Source of the DNA: Acidobacteriota bacterium
GTDB taxonomy: Bacteria; Acidobacteriota; UBA6911; RPQK01; JAJDTT01
Reading direction: 5' to 3'
NCBI GenBank assembly: GCA_965217775.1
Contig: CBDCJH010000002.1
Coordinates: forward strand, 256,001 to 320,000
Length of the DNA stretch: 64,000 nucleotides
How positions within the stretch are numbered: the stretch's first letter is position 1; every line of letters begins with the position of its first letter. Under the pieces are notes generated by a model. The model made no database searches. It saw only the letters and a program-made list of their open reading frames with translations, and was not told where the DNA came from. The position numbers were made by a program, and so were the translations under genes. Shown piece by piece: positions 58,776-64,000 of this stretch.

Positions 58776-60771
58776 CCCAGATTATTCATCACGCAAACAT
58801 AAAATGAGCAACCGTTCCCGCCATGTCGAGTCGGATCAGAGGGTTACAGGATACCCACAGAAAACAGCTGAGACCCGACCTGGGTGAAACGCTATCTTTG
58901 TTTTCAACGTCGGTTTAAACCCAGGATTCAAGTGGGTCCGAAACCCAAGCATTTCCACGGTTTGCGTCCCCTCCAAGGGCGGCAAGAAGAGGTGGCGTGC
59001 CCGTCATTTGTGGTATGATTATGGTGCTAAGAAACAACCACAAAGAACGGAGCACACCATGCCTGAGACGATACCGCAGATCCGGCCCTCATTCAACCGA
59101 TCCCTCCGCCTCGAGACCCGCCCCGAGTTGCTCAGTGCGGACACGGGAGCCCTGGTGCAGCGGGAGATGATGGATCGCAGCGGCCTCATCGATTGGTTGA
59201 CCGAGCGGTTGCACGATCCGCGACACCCGAGTTCGATCCGCTATCCGCTGTCGGATCTGCTGCGGACTCGACTCCTGCTGCTGGGGCAGGGCTGGCGCGA
59301 CCAGTCCGACGCCGACCGCCTGCGTCAGGATCCGAGCTTGCGGGTGGCGAGCCAGAGCCGTCGGGGCACGGCGGCCTTGGAGGAGGGCCACGGGCTGGCG
59401 TCACAGCCGACCTTGTCCCGACTGTTGGACACGCTCAGCCGGGAGGAGAACCTTCCGGTCCTGCACCAGGCGGTGACCGAGCTGGCGTGCCGTCGGATCG
59501 AGATGATCGAAGGCCGGCGGCGAAAACGGGGGAAAAAGACCCCACGGAAGAAGAGACGGAAAAAGACGATGTACCTGGACGTGGACGGTCTCCCGGTGGA
59601 GGTCCATGGGCATCCCCTGGGAAGCGAGTGGAACGGATACTATCGCCAGCGGATGTACCACGGGTTGGTGGCGAGTTGTGCCGAGACGGGGGACCTGATC
59701 GACGGGGAGATTTTTCCGGGAGCCAGCTACCTGGGAAAGAAGGCGCTGAAGTTGACGCTCCGGGTGGTGGACCACTGTCGGGGGCGTCTGTGCGGCTCAA
59801 TGATCGTGCGGATGGATGCGGGGTTCCCGGAGCCGGGGCTGCTGAAGGGGCTGGAGTCGAGAAGCGTGCCCTATATCGCTCGAATCCGCAAGAATGAGGT
59901 CCTGAACCGGATGGCGAAGCCCTACTTGACCCAACCGGCGGGGCGATCCCCGAAAGCACCGCCGAGGCTCTGGTTCCATGAGCTGACCTATCAGGCGGAG
60001 AGTTGGGATCGGGCGCGCCGGGTGGTGCTGGTGGTGCGGGAGCGACCGGGGGAGTTGTATCCGGATCATTTCTGGTTGCTGACGAGCCTGAGTCGGAAGC
60101 GATACGAGGCGGAAGCATTGCTGGCAAAGTATCGCAAGCGGGGGAAGGCGGAAGGGCACATGGGGGAGTTGATGGACGTGCTCGATCCGGCCTTGTCCTC
60201 CGCGAGCCGGCCCAAGACACACTATCGGGGCAAACCACTGAAGCCGGGAGCCAAGCCGGAAGCGACGACGGAGGCCGGGGTTCGACCCCACAACGAAGTC
60301 TTGTTCCTGCTGAATCTGCTGGGGTACGAGATCCTGCACCTGGGTCGGGTGCTGATGGAGCAGGCGACGCGTCGGGGCTGGAGTCTGCGTCGTTTTCGCG
60401 AGCGGGTGTTGCGAGTGGCGTCTCGGGCGTTGCGTCAGGGGAGGCGATTGATTTTCGTCATCAGTCAAGGGGCGACGGACTGGAAGCGGTTGTGGAAGAG
60501 CCTGGCGCGGGTGTCCTGGGCGCCGGGATAGTGGACGGAGGAGGAATCGGGCCCGTGGAAGGGACCGAAACGGTGGGAATTTCTCACCGGAAAGTCAACC
60601 TGTCGGCGGGTGACGGTCCCTCTGGCCGGAAAACGGTTTATGACAGGTTCAACAGTCCTGTTTTTGAGCCGATTCAGTCGAATCGACAGAGGTTCAACAG
60701 AAACCGGGCTCCGACTGCACGAAAACGCCGGGTTGGAAGCCCTTATCAACATGTCCCATGAATAATCTGGG
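58776..60771 (+). mobile_element. IS1380-family insertion sequence
   Basis: Perfect 14-bp IRs CCCAGATTATTCAT / ATGAATAATCTGGG; 5-bp direct repeat TTAAC at 58771-58775 and 60772-60776. Confidence 0.92.
59059..60531 (+). CDS. IS1380 DDE transposase
   Basis: LSADTGAL, LHDPR, LASQPTLSRL, LDVDG..VEVHG, VRMDAGF, YRKRGKAE. Confidence 0.92.
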   Translation: MPETIPQIRPSFNRSLRLETRPELLSADTGALVQREMMDRSGLIDWLTERLHDPRHPSSIRYPLSDLLRTRLLLLGQGWRDQSDADRLRQDPSLRVASQSRRGTAALEEGHGLASQPTLSRLLDTLSREENLPVLHQAVTELACRRIEMIEGRRRKRGKKTPRKKRRKKTMYLDVDGLPVEVHGHPLGSEWNGYYRQRMYHGLVASCAETGDLIDGEIFPGASYLGKKALKLTLRVVDHCRGRLCGSMIVRMDAGFPEPGLLKGLESRSVPYIARIRKNEVLNRMAKPYLTQPAGRSPKAPPRLWFHELTYQAESWDRARRVVLVVRERPGELYPDHFWLLTSLSRKRYEAEALLAKYRKRGKAEGHMGELMDVLDPALSSASRPKTHYRGKPLKPGAKPEATTEAGVRPHNEVLFLLNLLGYEILHLGRVLMEQATRRGWSLRRFRERVLRVASRALRQGRRLIFVISQGATDWKRLWKSLARVSWAPG

Positions 60772-60890
60772 TTAACTTGACAAACCGCATACTAACCCCA
60801 CCCCATTGGAGGTCCAATACTCCGACACTGTGCTCAGGATTTTCTTGAATCAGAAGGGATTGCCAAGACGGCAGACCTGCTGGGCATTTA

Positions 60891-62367
60891 GCAGCCCGTG
60901 GCAAAAGGCCTGATTTCTCCGGCTATTGTTCTTTCTGCAAGCTGACGCGGAGATGGTTTATTGATGGGTCCGAGAAGCTAAAACTGCAAATCGAGCCGGA
61001 TCGCCGCGCAAAAGCGCTCCCAGAGCCGATTCCAGCCGATCCAGTGGCCCATTTTCGCCGAAAAATGCGTAAAAAGCCGGCCCCGGATGCGGCCCTGGAG
61101 ACTTCGAGGCGTACCCACCCCCGTCAGGTGGCGCATCAGCAATCCCAGATTGAATCCACACACATGGATCAGCAGTCGCTTGCGCACGTTCGCGTGGCCC
61201 CGGACGAAGATCCGACGCAACCCTCCCGTGCCGAACTGGTGCGCGAACGGTCGCTCCACCAACTCGCTCCGCTGCCGTTGCAACCGTCGCCCCCGCCTCC
61301 CCCGGATTCGTCTCCGAGCGCGCGTACACCGGCGCCTGGTACTTCCGGTTCTTCCCCTTCCAGTTCCGCCGGCCCCGATCCGTTTCCGACAGATACCCCC
61401 GCAGCCCCTGCTCCTTCAACCCCAGAACCGTCTCGTTGCTGTGGTAGCCCTTGTCGGCCACCACTTCCCGGACCTCCGCTCCCGACCCGACCGCATTCAC
61501 CTCCTCTTTCGCCATCCGGAGCGTTCCACCCATCGTCTGAGTGTCCCCCAACTCCTCCGGCGCCGTCACCGCCACCACCGCCCCCGTCTCCAGGTCCACC
61601 GCCTCTTCCACCTTGTGTCCCAATCGGGTCCGCCCGTCCTTCAGCTTCGTGATCTTCGCGTCCGGATCGTGCGGATTCACCCATTCCTTGTTGCTCGTCT
61701 TCTTCTTGCGCTTGCGGTCGAATCGAACCAGTTCCTCCCGGGTCGGTGTCGGGACCCCCGAGGCTTCCGCCAATCCCCTCACGAACGTCTCATAGTCTTT
61801 CCCCGTGTCCCGGCGCACCAGGCTGCGCATCGCCGCGTTCGCTTCCAATGTCGTCGCGTCGATCCCGATCGTCTTCCCCTGCACCAGTCCCGCGTCCGAC
61901 AACTGCTTCAGCACCCAGCGGAACACCTCCCCGTGTGTCTCCACGTCGATCCGCCGCCGCGTCCGCGACAAGGTGGAGTGATTCGGGGGCGTCTCCTCCG
62001 GATCCAAGTCCAGAAACGCCCGCACACTCATCGAATCCGCCACTCGCCACGCCATGGCCCGTTCCGAGTTCAGCCCTTCGAAGTACCCCACCAGCAGCAT
62101 CCGGAAATACCGTCCGGGGCGCAGACTCGGCCGCCCGATCCCGTCGGCGTAAAACCGCGCACACAGTCCTTCCACGAAGGCGTCGAACCCCACTGTCTCC
62201 AGCACTTTGTTCAATCGCTCGTAGAAGGGATGCCCCGGACTCCGAGGCAGTTTCTGGGTCGCGACCCACATCCCTCGCTGCCGCCCTCCAGACGGTTTCT
62301 TCCCCATGGCCATAATGTCATTTTATGTCAGAAATCTGACTTTTCCCGGACTTTTGCCACGGGCTGC
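60891..62367 (-). mobile_element. IS5/IS1182-like insertion sequence, copy 2 (direct repeat of copy 1, offset 6437 bp)
   Basis: Same IRs; identical translated ORFs in the track; TA flanks (TTAG / CTAG). Confidence 0.9.
60978..62313 (-). pseudogene. Frameshifted DDE transposase (copy 2)
   Basis: Same split as copy 1, frameshift near 61317. Confidence 0.8.
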
Positions 62368-62461
62368 TAGTAGGCTGGACCGAACAATTGGAAGGGAAAA
62401 CTCCCAAGGCGATAATTATCAACGTGGGGAAGAAGCCTCCTCCAGATTGACCCTTCACCCG

Positions 62462-62562
62462 TGCCATAATCCCCGACCAAGCTCCTGACCCGGAGCAACT
62501 AGGCCCCGCTACTGTCAAGCTGCGCCCACCATGACGACCCGGACGCGGTCGTGGCGGGGCCT
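62462..62562 (+). promoter_or_regulatory. Extended -10 element followed by a structured leader / candidate ncRNA
   Basis: TGCCATAAT at 62462-62470; hairpin GCTCC/GGAGC (62481-62496); 12-bp stem AGGCCCCGCTAC / GTGGCGGGGCCT (62501-62562) enclosing a GACC/GGTC hairpin. Confidence 0.5.
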
Positions 62563-62597
62563 TCCACAAAAACTCTAGCTCGGAAAGGATCAATGCG

Positions 62598-62732
62598 ATG
62601 CCCCCACAAACCTACCACTTTCCGTTCACCCGCACGGTTATTTCCGTCGTCATCGGCCTCATCGTCTACGACTTGCTCACGCTGGTAGTCACCGCGTTGG
62701 TAACGGTGATCACGAACTTCGTGATAGGCTGA
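62598..62732 (+). CDS. 44-aa hydrophobic membrane peptide (below ORF-track cutoff)
   Basis: GGAAAGGA RBS 8 nt upstream; MPPQTYHFPFTRTVISVVIGLIVYDLLTLVVTALVTVITNFVIG; the stop abuts the next start. Confidence 0.55.
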   Translation: MPPQTYHFPFTRTVISVVIGLIVYDLLTLVVTALVTVITNFVIG

Positions 62733-62930
62733 GTGATGCAAAACGTAGACTTCTGGATGAAGAATGACAGGGGTCGTTTCCACCTCCACCTTGAAGGCGA
62801 AGGCCCATCGAAACTCAACATGAAGGTGGGGTGGAAGGATCAGAACTGCAATGCGGCGTTGAGTAGGCGTGAGGCCAGGGCGTTGGCCTGGATGCTGCTA
62901 TATCTATCGGAGGACATAAGCTGGCGTTGA
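62733..62930 (+). CDS. 65-aa hypothetical protein
   Basis: GTG ATG starts immediately after the preceding TGA; beta-like N-terminal part then a helix (LSRREARALAWMLL). Confidence 0.5.
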   Translation: MMQNVDFWMKNDRGRFHLHLEGEGPSKLNMKVGWKDQNCNAALSRREARALAWMLLYLSEDISWR

Positions 62931-62935
62931 GCAGG

Positions 62936-62944
62936 TGGTAGAAT
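62936..62944 (+). promoter_or_regulatory. Extended -10 promoter
   Basis: TGGTAGAAT matches TGnTAnnnT, 7 nt before the tRNA-like element. No good -35 seen. Confidence 0.55.
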
Positions 62945-62951
62945 GAACGAT

Positions 62952-63028
62952 GGCAGGATAGCACAATGGCAATGCGCCAGCTTGAGGAGTTGCGGCCTCT
63001 CTCGTGGAGATGTGGGCTCGATTCCCAT
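62952..63028 (+). pseudogene. Degenerate tRNA-Leu(GAG)-like element lacking the 3' acceptor strand
   Basis: GGCAGGA-TA, D arm GCA/CAATGGCAA/TGC, anticodon arm CCAGC-TTGAGGA-GTTGC, long variable arm, T arm GTGGG-CTCGATT-CCCAT. It continues TTGGATC instead of the expected TCCTGCC. Confidence 0.65.
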
Positions 63029-63052
63029 TTGGATCAACGGATGGAGGAATTA

Positions 63053-64000
63053 ATGAACTACGCTTACTGGAGGAAATGTGATTTTCAAGTGCATAGTCCT
63101 AGAGATCCAAACTGGACGGGGCCGAGTTTGGCAGGTGATGCTGAACGATTGCAATGGGCTAGAGAGTTCATTGACCAATGCGTTTCTAAACAACTAAAGG
63201 CAGTAGCACTCACGGATCATAACGACATGGTTATGGCGCCCTTTGTACAGAAAGCTATCGAGGAGCGAAAGGGGAATGATCCCGAGTTCGATCTTTGGTT
63301 CTTTCCTGGAATGGAGATTACGGCAAGGGGAAGGAAGCAATGTATCATCATCTTTGACACCGATCTCTCAGAAGAACGTCGTGAACAAGTCCAAGGAAAG
63401 CTAGGAATTTTATATCCCGATAGTCAAGAGGATCAGGTTGCTCCATCCCCGGTAAGACAACTGGAGGTTAGCTATCCACAGATTGCTTCCCTACTTGATG
63501 AACTGGAAGGCTTGCGCGGTAAGTACATTGTCCTGCCTAATGTCTCACAGGGCGGCAGCCATACGGTCTTAACTCACGGTGAACATAAGGATTTTCTTAG
63601 TATGCCCTATTTCGGGGGCTATCTCGACGGAGGGCAGACCATAGAAACACTCGGACAGCGAAACCGCCGTCGACTGTCGGGCAATAATTCGACGTGGTCC
63701 CGCAGGTTTATTTATCCACTCCCAACTTCAGATAGCCGATCGGCAGACTTTAGTACGCTCGGAACAAATGATACTTGGATTAAAGTTGCCGAGCCAACTG
63801 CCGAGGCAATAAGACAGGCATTTCTTGCCCATCAGTCCAGAATTCGGATCGAAAAACCGAATCTCCCATCTTCTGTAATCACTAAAGTAAGGGTTGAGTC
63901 CTCGACGATATTAGACACAACGGTTCTGGAACTCAGTCCCGAGTTCAACGCAATTATCGGTGGCCGAGGGAGCGGAAAGAGTACTTTTTTGGAGTACGTA
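63053..64000 (+). CDS. PHP-domain + P-loop ATPase protein (Ppl/TrlF-like), 3' truncated by window edge
   Basis: GGAGG RBS; 316 open codons: MNYAYWRKCDFQVHSPRD, VALTDHND, FPGMEIT, TSDSR, WIKVAEPTAEAIRQA, FNAIIGGRGSGKSTFLEY (Walker A). Absent from the ORF track because there is no stop in the window. Confidence 0.88.
   Translation, partial: MNYAYWRKCDFQVHSPRDPNWTGPSLAGDAERLQWAREFIDQCVSKQLKAVALTDHNDMVMAPFVQKAIEERKGNDPEFDLWFFPGMEITARGRKQCIIIFDTDLSEERREQVQGKLGILYPDSQEDQVAPSPVRQLEVSYPQIASLLDELEGLRGKYIVLPNVSQGGSHTVLTHGEHKDFLSMPYFGGYLDGGQTIETLGQRNRRRLSGNNSTWSRRFIYPLPTSDSRSADFSTLGTNDTWIKVAEPTAEAIRQAFLAHQSRIRIEKPNLPSSVITKVRVESSTILDTTVLELSPEFNAIIGGRGSGKSTFLEYV

Noticed and set aside
60581-60596. TTCTCACCGGAAAGTC inside IS1380, resembling the ISNCY right end
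   Set aside because: A single short gapped match with no partner end. Chance cannot be excluded.
60777-60810. TTGACA just right of IS1380 as a promoter
   Set aside because: No acceptable -10 at 16-18 nt spacing.
60790-62450. Gene split by IS copy 2 (TADLLGI, HTH-like)
   Set aside because: The reconstructed empty site has stops in the candidate frames, leaving only short fragments.
62952-63040. Functional tRNA-Leu gene
   Set aside because: The acceptor stem cannot form, there is no CCA, the T loop reads CTCG instead of TTCG, and the anticodon stem has a mismatch. Kept only as a tRNA-like element.

Overview
GC-rich bacterial window, most likely Acidobacteriota (Oar-type TonB receptors, a GWxTD protein, several CRTAC1/ASPIC-UnbV plus TPR pairs; this assignment is inference). 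Bases 1-52.4 kb are mainly an envelope and catabolic region. It holds two TonB-dependent receptors, four intact BNR/sialidase-family genes plus one internally deleted copy, a Kelch protein, an arylsulfatase, two ceramidase-like proteins, amidohydrolases and an SSS symporter, with a small core block (lpxD, murJ, xerD, ogt). A partial UvrD-like helicase sits at the left edge. Bases 52.5-62.4 kb are an IS pile-up: one ISNCY-like element, two apparently identical frameshifted IS5/IS1182-like copies, an IS1595 carrying a decayed methyltransferase-endonuclease passenger, and an IS1380. Most have readable inverted repeats and target duplications. The most interesting part is 62.46-64.0 kb, largely missed by the ORF track. 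It contains a structured leader, a 44-aa hydrophobic peptide, a 65-aa ORF, and a promoter-fronted tRNA-Leu(GAG)-like element that lacks its 3' acceptor strand. That element lies directly in front of an AT-richer PHP-domain/ATPase gene (Ppl/TrlF-like defence candidate) that runs off the window end. All calls come from reading motifs by eye; no database searches were run.
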